A DNA stretch of 64,000 nucleotides from Salpingoeca rosetta (taxonomy: Eukaryota; Protista; Choanoflagellata). The notes under the pieces were generated by a model, which was given only the letters and a program-made list of their open reading frames with translations, had not been told where the DNA came from and did no database searches. A program made the position numbers and the translations under genes. Positions 12,926 to 27,121 of this stretch are shown here, one piece after another (positions within the stretch are counted from its first letter, which is position 1; each line of letters opens with the position of its first letter). The stretch is from assembly GCA_033442325.1 (NCBI GenBank), contig JAWQFM010000002.1:207568-271567 (forward strand). Reading direction: 5' to 3'.

Positions 12926-14842
12926 ATGATGACGAGTGGTGTGCCACCGCAACGTGAGTGGCAGCACGGTTCTGTCGGAGACAACCAGCGCACACACAAA
13001 CGAAGAGTGTTCCTTGCAGACACAAGACACACACACAGCCAAACACACAGCCAAACACGCATACACAACAAACATACACGACAAACACACAGTCACAGAC
13101 ACGCATAGCCCCCCCCCCCAAATAACACAGGCAGATTCTTCATCTGCTGTTGTGATCTCAACGACCACCTTTGGTTTTGTTTGTCCAGTGGCAGAGTGCG
13201 TTGCGTTGTACCAGCGAGGCGGTCTGGAGTATGACGGCGACATCTGCTCGTTGGTGGGTATGCTTGTATTTGATTTTGGGTGGCGGGGTCATGTCCTCGC
13301 TCTCTTTGGCTTCGTGAACCTTGCTCACACATGGCTTGGTTTATGAACGCGCTTGTGGGAAGACGCCATTGGTTGTGCAGGGCGCAGCGTGGTTGGATTC
13401 GTTTGGGCTGTTAGGTCCGGCGCACATGGTGAGAAGAACAGTACTTCCCCTTCTTGTTGTATTCGTTTGTGTTCTCTCGCTGCATGTGCATTTACTGGAT
13501 GTGCATGCGCTCGACTGCATGGGTTAGGTTCACCACACGCTTACATGCACGTGTGCAGGTGGTCGGGCTCTTGGTGCCCATTGTATTGTACATTGCAGCG
13601 ACGGAAGCGCAGCACTACCAGGTAAGCAGAGAGCGGCGGACAACGTTCACAGAGCATTGCGGTCCTTTGCAACAATTATGAGCATCCATTCAAGGTTTTG
13701 AAACGCGTTGCGATGCTCACCTTCCTTCTCTGTGTTTCTAACATGAATGAATAGGAGCAAGTTGATGCTTGGTGGGCAGCAGACACACCACCACAACGAC
13801 AGGAGCGCATTCCCGAGAGCGTCTGGGCACGAAGTTATGCAGGAGTGTCGGCAGTATGGCCCGCACTCGTGTCTCTGCTCATCGTACTCGTGGACCTGTT
13901 TGTTGTTTCTCCGCCCACCACCCTCTGGCTTGCACCACTGTGCTTGTGGGCGACGCTGGCCACTGCGCGATCAAGTCAGTGTTTCAGCTTTTCAAGGGAG
14001 GTGGTGTGGACATCTTGAAATGTGGCAATCCAGCCCATTGTCATCATCAGCAGCTCACCATCGCTGCTCTGCATGTGCGTGTATGTGTGTGTGTGCACGT
14101 GTGTGCATGTGTGTGCATGTGTGTGCGCGTGTGTGTGTATGTGTGTGTGCATGTGTGTATGTGTGCGTGTGTGCGTGTATGTGTGTGCGTGCGTGTTTGG
14201 AAATGTGGGGGTAGATTGGGTTGCGTCATGCGCGTGCTGCGCAGCTGCCATCTACCAGAGCATCTTCTATCTGCCTCTGATGGTGAGCAACACGCGTGCA
14301 GATGCTTGTCCCACAACATGGCTGTGCCTCCCTCTTGCTCGATGTCTGCGTGTATCGGTGCGGTACAGCTAACCACGACAGCCGTGTTCGCTTGCTCAAC
14401 ATTTTGTTGTTGCCACGCTGTCGATGCATTCCCCCGTTTTGCAGGCCGTGCTCAGTGCGGCACAGGCTACATTCGGGCGCTCACATTTGGCAGCGGCGTC
14501 GCTCGTTGCCATCTTTGTTGCTGCGCTTCACTCCATTTCAATGGCGGCTGGGGCAGATCCGAGCGCATATCTGCATGCTGTTTATATTAACGAGTGCGTA
14601 CTTGTATGTGCATGTGTGTATATGCGCATGCGCATGTGCATGTGCATGTGTATGTGTATGTGTATGTTTGTACTTGCGTTTGTTGCGTGCACTTGCAATC
14701 CACAAGAGGTCGCATGTTTGTGTTCGACTGACATGGTTTTTTCTGATTGGCCATGTGTGGAACTTAGGGTTCAAGTCAGTGACCTCACGCCAAACCAAGG
14801 GCTCTACTGGTACTTCTTTGCACAGGTCTTCGAGCACTACAG
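12926..14842 (+). CDS. PIGU: GPI transamidase subunit PIG-U/GAB1, central portion only (normal N-terminus and C-terminal TM region not found)
   Basis: Seven in-frame exons: AECVALYQRGGLEYDGDICSL|TPLVVQG...|...|...|NWVASCACCAAAIYQSIFYLPLM|...|VQVSDLTPNQGLYWYFFAQVFEHY, the last matching the PIG-U signature DLTPNIGLFWYFFxEMFxHF. The start at 12926 (MMTSGVPPQ, donor gtgagt) is tentative. Confidence 0.8.
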
Positions 14843-15181
14843 GCAAGTGTATACATGTGAGTGAGTGAGTGAGTGAGTGAGTGAGTGAGTGAGTGAGTTA
14901 GTGAGAGAGAGAGAGAGAGAATGTGTGTGTGTGCACGCATAGCCAGTCGCAAAGCCATCATCTTTGTTGGTGTGAGAAGCAGGGGAGAAGAGGAAAGTTT
15001 GCTGAAAATACACGTAATTGCACACAAAAGTCAATTTTGCCTTTCTTTGAAACACCAACAGCAAACTTGCCCAACGCGCTTCCGCTTGTCCTCCCCAACC
15101 GTGACGTGCGACTGCTGGAGCGCAAGCAAGCGTGCATGTGAGTGAGTATGAGTGAGTGTGTGTGTGTGTGTGTGTGAGTGT

Positions 15182-15252
<71 letters not shown>

Positions 15253-15464
15253 TGTCTGTGCGTGCGTATGTGTGTGTGTGTGAGTCAGTGTGTGTGTGAG
15301 TGTGTCTGTGGTGCTTGGGCTTCCTTTGTCTCGTCGGGCTGTCAACGCTTTACATCACAGCAATCACAGCCTCACATTAACAACGCATTGCGCGCGCTCA
15401 TGTCTTGTTAGTGCACTTGTCTCTGTGTCCTCGTTATCGTAGACGCCAAACCGAGCATACTGCC

Positions 15465-18400
15465 ATGGAGGAACTGCCGCCACCCATCAACAAAGACCGG
15501 AGCGTGGGTGCAAGTGTGGGTCCCAACGAAGCAGCAACAACATCAACCCATAGCAGCACGAACGCGCCAACAGCACACCCGGCTGCTCCACCAACAGCAC
15601 AAGTACGGGCCAGCACTCCTTCACTTCAGCAACAACAACAGCAGCAGCAACGGCAACAACAGCAGCAGCCTGGGTTGGGGACAACAGCGGCGAGCGAATC
15701 CGTTCACTCACATCCCACTGATCAGGCAGTCACTGCAAGCGCACACATGGGCCCCAACCCATCGACAGACTCGACGAAGACAGATTTTGCCGCAAATGCG
15801 CCCACCACAACAACTGCCACCCCCGATACATCCTCGGCAGCAGCCACAGCAGCCACAGCAGCCACAGCAGCCACAGCAGCCACAGCAGCCACAGTAGTTA
15901 CAGCAGCCACAGCAGCCACAGTAGTTACAGCTGTCACCCCGGCTGCACCACCCACGACTGCCACAGCTACCTCTATACCAACCCCAGCTGCTCCCACGGA
16001 GAACACGGCCGTGGGCGACGCCAACACTGACCCTGCCCCTGACCTCTCTTCCACCTCCACAGCTGTTATGGCTGAAAGCACCTCGACAGGTATGGTTGCA
16101 TGGCGCTTTTTCTGGTTGTCAACCCCCCTGACGCCTCATATTACTTGCCATCCATCCACAGAATCACATGTGGCTCGCTGTTGGCATGCGTGCACCGTGC
16201 ATCCTTGCGTGGACGGCATTGGCGATCGATAGGAGCTGAAGAAGCAACGCAGTCCAACGCTGACAAGCTGAAAGCAAACAAAAGCTTCAGATTCAGGCCG
16301 CCTCGATCAGGCTACGTGCTCTTCCTGGTGCGTATGTGGTGTCAGTGCATGTACCTGTGTGTAAATGTGCCGCGTGCATGTGTGTGTGTGTGCGTGTGCA
16401 GCATGTTTGTATGTGTGTGTGCCTGTGTCTGTGTGTCTGTATGCTGTGTTTGACTTTCATAAAATCGGTGTTCGTGCTTGCTGTACGTCTGACACTTTGT
16501 GCATGCTCCCTGGTGTGGCGCGCGCGTTGCAGACGGAGAAGCGACAAGAGGTACTGCGGAAGAACCCGAGCATGGCGCTGCCGGACGTCACCAAAGGTGT
16601 TGCTCAGCTCTGGCGCCAATGCAGCACCGAGGAAAAGAAGGTACGTGCGTGCATGCATGCATCGAATTGGGTGTCAGGGCACGGGTCTGCGGCCGCAGGG
16701 CGTTTATCTCATGCTCACAAATTCACGTCAAACTGTGTCATTCGTCCTTACGTCTCTGTGTGCGTGTGTGCGTGCATGTGCTTGTGCATGTGTGCATGTG
16801 TGTGTTGTGCCCCCTTCTCCTCCTCTTTCTTCTTCTCCTCCTCCTCCGCTTCTCCTCCTCCTCCTCCTCATCCTCTCTTCTTCTTCCTCCCCCTCTCCGT
16901 TGCCCGTGTGCAGCATTACCAGGACTTGGCTGCAGAGATGAAGCGTGAGTTTCTTGAAAAGAACCCCGGCGTGGACCTTACGGTCCGACGCAAGCGGCCC
17001 AAGCGTGCACGCGGCAGACCAAAGAAGAAAGCAAAACGTTCCAGCGTTGCACAGGACACAAGCAGTTTCGCCGCGAGCTTTGCAGAGGTGAATACGCTCG
17101 TGTGCGCGCATGATGTGTGCGCGCCTTATGTGTGTGTGTGTGTGAGGTGGAAGTTGCGTTGTGCCGTCACAGTTGTCAGCTGAGGTTATGTTTCGTTTCA
17201 CACGTGCTGTTGTTGCGCGGTACTGCTTTTAGTGTGTTTACATCACATCACAGTCACGACCCCTCACCCTCACCTGCTCAACTCTCCCCCCCCCCCTCGG
17301 ATCCAAAGCGCACATCCACAATGTAACATACACATCTGCCTTCCATTCTCATTGATGCAACACAATGCATGCATGCTCAGGATGGGATGGAACTGGACGA
17401 CATTGATGACGACGACGGTTACGCCGACGACGACGACGATGCGATTGTGATCAGTGATGATGATGGCACCACTCCAGAGAGTCTCTTCTGCAGCCTGTGC
17501 AACCAGTACTTCTCCTCCCTTCACAACAAGGTGCGGCCTCGTTGTGTGTGTGTGTTAGTGTGTTAGTGTGTTCGTGTGTATGTGTGTGACTGTGTGTATG
17601 TGTGTGTAAGCGTGTATGTATGTGACTCTGTGTGTGTATGTATGCGTGTATGTATGTGACTCTGTGTGTGTATGTATGCGTGTGCGTGTCATGATGACAG
17701 CGGCCAGCAACCCACATGGTGCATGCATGGATTTATTGACATTGCCTTTTGGCCCGTGGTGCCATGTTGCATATTCAGCGCGAGCACATGCAGGGCAAGA
17801 AGCACCGCGACATGTTGCAGGAGTACGGCGAGCTCGATCCCCGCATGAAGGTCTTCACAGACGACTTTGTGCAATTCCACAGAAGTACGTGTGATGGTGC
17901 GGCGCGCAGAATGCCCTGTTTTTCCTCAGTTGTCAGTGATCAACGTGTCCGCCGTGCGTGCGTGCATTCTCGCTTGCTTGTGTTGTTTTGTCACACTTCA
18001 TATCCACCCACCACTGCACACGGCAACAGCCCGGGAGCGCCAGTTGCGTGAGCTTCAAGGCGAAATCCAACAGCTGGAGGGCGTCAACACGCAGTACAGA
18101 AACGACGTGTGTGTGTGTGCGTGTACGTGTGTATGCGTGTGTGTACGTGTGTGTACGTATGTGTGTGTGTGTGTGTGTGCGCGTGTGTGTACGTATATGT
18201 GTGTGTGTGCGCGTGTGTGTGAGCTGGTCCGGTTGAAACCCTCATGTTGTCGTTGGGTGATTGGCTGCAGGTTCAAAGGGTGAGAAACTACATTGCTGCC
18301 CTGCAAATTGAGCACAGCCGCGTCGTGGTGAGTGTTTGCAGCACCCTGGAGATCATGCACATGCGTGCACACACACGCACACACACACACACACAATTGT

Positions 18401-18941
18401 ATGTCGCTTGCATCCATTGACCATGAGCATTGATGCATGCAAACAACAGGCTGCGAGCGAGAGGATTCGCGCTGAATTGACACAGGTGGACGACGCGTTT
18501 CGACAGCAGAGCATGCAGCACCCGCTACCGCCAGAGCTTGCCAACCTCAACGCAGGTCGGTCACTATTCAAGCAACATGCAGTGTACGCTCCTGTACTGC
18601 TGCACTCTGGCCTGACAACCTTGTCTACAGCTGCTTGGGCGCGCGCGCACATGTACACGTACACACACGCAACACACACACATACACATCCGTGTGGCAC
18701 CTGCAAGCTCACGTGGCTTGATCGTGCATGTGTGTGTGTGTGTGTGTGTGTGTTGCGTGTGTGTGTTGTGTGATTTGCCGCGGCTACAGAGACGACGGAG
18801 CACTTGCTGCGGAACATTGATGCGATATTGGCCTCCGTGAAATGGGAGAGCGATGACCCTAGCGCACAGGCCGTCAAGCAGTCGCTTCAAGCCATCAGCG
18901 AGCGACGCGCCGACGCGGCTGCACCATCAACATCCTCGTGA
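15465..18941 (+). CDS. HMG20: HMG20A/B (BRAF35)-like HMG-box protein with AT-hook, C2H2/U1-type zinc finger and C-terminal coiled coil
   Basis: HMG box [11 protein letters not shown]|[36 protein letters not shown]|HYQDLA; AT-hook RARGRPKK; zinc finger [15 protein letters not shown]|REHMQGKKH; [12 protein letters not shown]|[10 protein letters not shown] resembles HMG20 PIFTEEFLxxxKAREAELRQLR; stop TGA 18939-18941. Confidence 0.8.
15837..15930 (+). repeat. Coding 9-bp tandem repeat (gcagccaca)n encoding ATAATAATA
   Basis: Directly visible in the first coding exon of the HMG20-like gene. Confidence 0.85.
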
Positions 18942-19290
18942 CTCCCCCCCCCCCCCCATGTCGCTGTGCGATGATGGTGGGCAGCGTGGTGTCTGCTGTG
19001 TGCTAGGATGGATGGTATTGTTGTGACCTCTGTGTTGTGAGAGCACTTGCCTTATGTGATATGCCATGAGTAAGCGACAACAATTACACCATGTGACGGT
19101 GTCATGCTGTGACATGACAGAGGGGTGAGCATGGAGCGACGGCTGGAGGGATTGGGAGCAGAGGCAAGGGATCCTGTCGTCCCACATCTTTTTCACAACA
19201 CAACAACAACCGTCAAATCATGTCAAACTCGCGCAACAACGCAACATTTCACTGCCAAGAAGCGTCATCGTGACAACAAAACACACGAGC

Positions 19291-21367
<2,077 letters not shown>

Positions 21368-21563
21368 TGGCTGGCTGTCCACGGCAGTCAGATCGCACTG
21401 GCGTCAGTGTTTGCGCGTGTGGAAGAGGGATAGATGGTGGCGGTGGTGGTTGTGGACGGGGTGTCGATCGATGGTAAGACACCCGTTGTTGTTGGCTTCT
21501 TTTTTGTTACGCGACATGCCATGCCTTGGCATGTTGTTGTGCGTGGTGAGATGGGGGTGTTGT

Positions 21564-21771
21564 TTAGCCTTGCTCTGTTGTGGCTCGCCGCGGCGACGTG
21601 AGCGAAAGCGACGTGTTCGAGCGGTGGCCCCGCAGTTGTCTTGCGTGCACGGATGAATTACACGGGTGTCCCATGCACAGATGTGACAAAGGGAGGACGA
21701 GCAGAGAGAAAGGTGGGCGAAAGCGAATGCCACTCATGAGAGCAGGATGACTGGAGCTCACTGCACTTGAG

Positions 21772-21837
<66 letters not shown>

Positions 21838-22500
21838 ACAGGCTCGCGTCACTGACCTCTCCTCCTGTATCTGTCGGGTGAAAGTGGATCCTTCTGTGCC
21901 AATAAAGATGAACGCGCGTGCGCACACAATCTGCTGCACAACAGCAAGCTGGCCCGGGTGTAGGGTGGATTTGATGTGCTGTGGCGTGTCAACAAGTGGA
22001 AGTGGAGGGTTGGATGCAAACGCGTCATACTCCTCGTCATCCCTGCGTGCATCTGTGGCGATGAACAGCGCACGGATGTCGTGTGCTCGCGCAAGTGCCA
22101 GGATCTGTTTCCTCGTGGATGCGAGTGGAGGGATATTTGCCGACCGCACGCGCAGGAAGTCGGCGCGGCGCAGATGGACGGACAGGTAGCGATGCTGGCG
22201 ATGGCTGGCGATGATGGTCGTGGCCGTATCCACCAATGCTGGCGCGAACCGCATGCTTCGGCGGATGGCCTGGTACTGCGTCGTGGTGGTGTGCAGGGCC
22301 ATAGTCGTCTCCAGACGAGCGATCATCACGACTGACGCAGATGGCGCAACCGTGTTGCTATCTTGCAGGAGCGGAGCCAGCAGGGTGGCAGACCCCATCA
22401 TCTCCAAGCAAGTTAGCTCACGCGCGCGCACGTTGTCCCCCAAGCCCCAGAAGCTGCCTGTCCACTGGCCCGTGCCGTCATCTTGTGAAAACGATGTCCC
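21564..22500 (-). CDS. POFUT2: Protein O-fucosyltransferase 2 (GT68), C-terminal half; 5' exons lost in gap
   Basis: YLSVHLRRADFL, LFIATDA and AVVQQIVCARAFIFIGTEGSTFTRQIQEER|QLRG match POFUT2 HLRRxDF / FVATDA / DQWICAHARFFIGTxxSTFSFRIxEER. Stop at 21564-21566. Confidence 0.85.
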
Positions 22501-23744
22501 TGATAAAGGTGGGGGCGCAGGGGAGAGATGGTGGTGTGTGTGTGTGGGGGGGGGGTGGTAGTACACCGGACACGCACCGGACAGTCAAGTGAACGGGCAG
22601 ATGGAGGGGGGGGGGGCGGGGTCCCAGGGGGGGGGGGGGGGAAGACATGGGAGAAAAACCAAAAATTCCACACTTTTTTTACAAAAATAAAAAAAAAAAA
22701 AAAACAGGGTTTTAACCTAACCTTTCCCCTCCAACGAAAAACACATTCCCCACCCGAACCCATCACACAATCAAACGATGAAGTCGATTTGTTTAGTTCT
22801 GTGTGCAAACTTGTGGGAAAAGCCGTGACAAATAAACAAGTTGCCAAAACAAACGAGAGGAGCGAACACCACCTTAAACCGGCCTGCTTCTATTCTACGA
22901 ACAGCACCCTCAAACATCCCACGGCGGTTCTTACGTTTTTAATTAATATTNNNNNNNNNNNNNNNNNNNNNNNNNNNNNNNNNNNNNNNNNNNNNNNNNN
23001 NNNNNNNNNNNNNNNNNNNNNNNNNNNNNNNNNNNNNNNNNNNNNNNNNNNNNNNNNNNNNNNNNNNNNNNNNNNNNNNNNNNNNNNNNNNNNNNNNNNN
23101 NNNNNNNNNNNNNNNNNNNNNNNNNNNNNNNNNNNNNNNNNNNNNNNNNNNNNNNNNNNNNNNNNNNNNNNNNNNNNNNNNNNNNNNNNNNNNNNNNNNN
23201 NNNNNNNNNNNNNNNNNNNNNNNNNNNNNNNNNNNNNNNNNNNNNNNNNNNNNNNNNNNNNNNNNNNNNNNNNNNNNNNNNNNNNNNNNNNNNNNNNNNN
23301 NNNNNNNNNNNNNNNNNNNNNNNNNNNNNNNNNNNNNNNNNNNNNNNNNNNNNNNNNNNNNNNNNNNNNNNNNNNNNNNNNNNNNNNNNNNNNNNNNNNN
23401 NNNNNNNNNNNNNNNNNNNNNNNNNNNNNNNNNNNNNNNNNNNNNNNNNNNNNNNNNNNNNNNNNNNNNNNNNNNNNNNNNNNNNNNNNNNNNNNNNNNN
23501 NNNNNNNNNNNNNNNNNNNNNNNNNNNNNNNNNNNNNNNNNNNNNNNNNNNNNNNNNNNNNNNNNNNNNNNNNNNNNNNNNNNNNNNNNNNNNNNNNNNN
23601 NNNNNNNNNNNNNNNNNNNNNNNNNNNNNNNNNNNNNNNNNNNNNNNNNNNNNNNNNNNNNNNNNNNNNNNNNNNNNNNNNNNNNNNNNNNNNNNNNNNN
23701 NNNNNNNNNNNNNNNNNNNNNNNNNNNNNNNNNNNNNNNNNNNN

Positions 23745-23853
<109 letters not shown>

Positions 23854-23908
23854 CACCACCACCACCACCACCACCACCACCACCACCACCGCCACCACGG
23901 CTGCGCAC

Positions 23909-26626
23909 CTGCTGGCGCTCAAACTCCTTGCGCTGCCTGCGCTCCTGAATGAGTTTCTCCACGTCGCGCTTGTGCTGCAGCACGCGCATGCGGCGCTTTT
24001 GTGCATTCATCTGCTCCACGCGGTCATCGGCAGCAAACTTCTCCATCATCGCCCGACGGAACTCCTCTTCCTCGGCCTGCTCCCGCTCGCGACGCCGCTG
24101 CAACTCAGCCATGCTCTCCTGCTGGGCCGCGCGCAGCTGCATCTGCTGCTCAACACGCCGCTGAAGCTCCTGCCGCTGCCGCGCCCGCTCGCGTGCACGC
24201 TGCTCCTCCTCGGCAAGCTCGATGCGGATGGCCTCCATCTCCTCCATCTCCTGCTGCTGCCGCGCAAGCTCGCTGCCAAGCTGCTGCCGCACGCTCTCCT
24301 TGGCCGCCTCACGCTCAAGCTGCGCCCGCATGCGCGCACGCTCAGCCATCTGCTTCTCCTCGGCGAAGCTGCAGTGTTGAGGGCGGTGGGGTGAGGTGGG
24401 CGAGTGAGTCAGCGCACCAGTGAAGGAGTGAAGGAGTGAAGGAGTGAAGGAGTGAGCGAGAGAGAGAGAGAGTGTGTGTGTGTGTGTGTGTGTATGTGTG
24501 TGTGAGAGAAGGGGGAGGGATCGATTGAAATGACACCCCTCCCTGCTCTGTGTGCGTCCTCATGCCAAGCTCACCGCTGGATGGCCTCGTTTTCGCGCTG
24601 CATCTCCTGGGCCTCAAGGCGATTCCACTCGTCGCGCTGCCGAAGAAACTCCTCCATCTCTTCCTTCGTCCGTTGCTGCATGGTGCACGCGCGGTTGTGC
24701 CGTTAAGCCGAGAAGATGTTGTGGCATGCGGAGACAACAGTGGCAGTATTCGCTTTACAAACACACACTACACACACGCACAAGCACACACTACACACAC
24801 GCACAAGCACACGCACAAGCACACAAGCACACACGCACGCGCGCACGCACACACACACACATTACAGCGCACCTTTGCCTCGAAAGTGCGCTGTGCCTCC
24901 GCTTCATCCTCGCGGTGGATTTGCTGCACAATCTCGTCAATCATCAGCTTCTCCTTGAGGAACTGCCGTGGCGGGTGTTGGCGACGTGGACGGAAGGAGG
25001 GGGGGGCAATTAGTACCGCGACATCAAAGAACAACACGCATCACATCAACCATTACATGAGCGGATTGAACAAGGGGTAGGCTAGGACACACACATACAT
25101 ACACACACATATACGCACACACATGCACACACACGCCCCTACCTCTTGGTATGCCTCTTCCTTGCGGCGCTCCTGGTCCTCGAGCTGCCGTTCAATGTCC
25201 GCCTGGTACTTGCGCGCCTCCTCCCACTGCTGTCGCTCCTTCTGTTGCTCTGTACACGCACACGTGCGCACACAAACGTGGACGCGTATTCGACATGAAC
25301 GCTGCACATGAGCTTGTACGTGGGGTAGAACAACCGTTGACTCTCCTTTGCAACACACACACACACACCAAACACACACACACACACACACCAAACACAC
25401 ACACACACACACACACAAAGTCACACACGCACACACCTTCCAGTTCTGCCTGGCGGACGGCCTCCTCAATCTCTCGCGCGGCCTTGAGATCCTCCTGCCG
25501 CGCTGTCGCCGTCATGTGTTGCCGCTCTGTGATTTGTGCGCTGCGCTCCCGCGTGACATATGCCGCCTGCAGCTTTCGCTCCAAGTCTGCACGTATCGCA
25601 GAGGTTGTGAGTATGCATTTGTGCAGCTCACTTCCACAAACACACACACACACACAGGGCACCAAACACACACACACGCACAGGGCACAAAATACACACA
25701 CACACACACACAGGGCACCAACCACACAAAGCACACAACAGATATACATAAGTAGCACACCATGCTCCAATCATGTGCACATGCGCTACCCACCTCTGAG
25801 CTCTGGGGCAGTCTGTCTGATTTGTTGGCGAAGCTTCTCATCGCGCATTTTCTCACGGCGGATGGAGTCCAGCTCCTGCGCCAGCCGCTCCTCCTGCTGC
25901 CGGGCGAGCTCGGCCTGCTCTTTGCGTTGCTTTTCCTGCGGTGCCACAATCACGCCAGCGCACACGTGATGAGGCAAGACAGGCAAGCACGCGTCACCGC
26001 CGCGAGCCAATGCACATGCAACAAAAAGTCGCATCAACACACACAGGTCCAACGTAACAAACAAGCGCATGCATACACACACACAGGCACAGACAGCCAG
26101 GCACAGACAGCCAGACACACACACACACACACACACGCACGCACGCACACAAACACACGCACACACCATCTCAAGCTGTTGGGCAATGGCCTCCTCGCGC
26201 TGCATCTCGGCTGCAAGGCGCATCCTGCGCTTTGTCTCGACGCGCTCATCACTCAGCTGGTTTGCGCGCATGACATTCTCCTGATGCAGCTGGCGGGTTT
26301 GATCGCTCTGGCCGCGGTCACGGCCATCCTGGCCAAGCACAAATCTGGCAAGGGACTGCCATGCAGGCGAGACCGTAGGCAGGTCAACAGCGCACGGAGC
26401 ACACGGTCACGGTCATTGGTTCGATGGCAATCACAACACAAAGTCCCAACACGCGAGCGAGCCAGCGAGCGAGCAAGCAAGAAAACAAACACGGAACACA
26501 GCCAAACTGAACATGCGCCTGCTCGCACACGCGAAGATCACACAGCCTGCATCTGCCACCCACACACAAGCGCACACACAAACACATACATGCACGCACC
26601 CAAACGCGCTCGCACTCACTCACCAT
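23909..26626 (-). CDS. MNS1: Meiosis-specific nuclear structural protein 1 (ciliary microtubule inner coiled-coil protein); 3' end in gap
   Basis: DEKLRQQIRQTAPELR|DLERKLQAAYVTRERSAQI; KEEAYQE|FLKEKLMIDEIVQQIHRED; KFAADDRVEQMNAQKRRMRVLQHKRDVEKLIQERR. The first coding exon is ATG alone (26626-26624) followed by gtgagt. Confidence 0.9.
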
Positions 26627-26749
26627 GATGGGTGTATTGGAAGGTGGTGGTTGCAGCTTTTGTGTGTGTTGTTGATGGTGGTGTGTGTTTGTCGCTTGTC
26701 GTTGACGACTCTTTCGTTGTTCGATTTTTCACAATTTTTTATTGTTGGT

Positions 26750-26756
26750 GTTGCCA
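26750..26756 (+). promoter_or_regulatory. RFX-like half X-box GTTGCCA upstream of MNS1
   Basis: Exact GTTGCCA about 125 bp upstream of the MNS1 ATG, next to an AT-rich patch; function inferred. Confidence 0.5.
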
Positions 26757-26978
26757 AGTCCACATGCAACGGGCCCAAGCAGGGCGGCAGTGACTGGGAG
26801 ATGAGGTCGAGTGAACCACACACTATTGATTTACTTTTCTTTCTATCTATGCGGCGCCTGCTCTCACACCCATTCGCCCATGCACACCGTTGCCCTTTGT
26901 TTGCCGCAATCGCTTTCCCCACCTCTGAGCGCTGGGAGCAGTGTAAGATTTCAGCGAGTTTTCCCCAATAAAGCCTGA

Positions 26979-27106
<128 letters not shown>

Positions 27107-27121
27107 GCACATTGGCATGTG

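Noticed and set aside
22560-22950. AT-rich, homopolymer-laden segment that looks like foreign DNA (similar at 2500-2601, 3336-3460, 19457-19551, 47060-47340)
   Set aside because: These segments always abut N-gaps and have no coding signal; they are most likely low-quality read ends.
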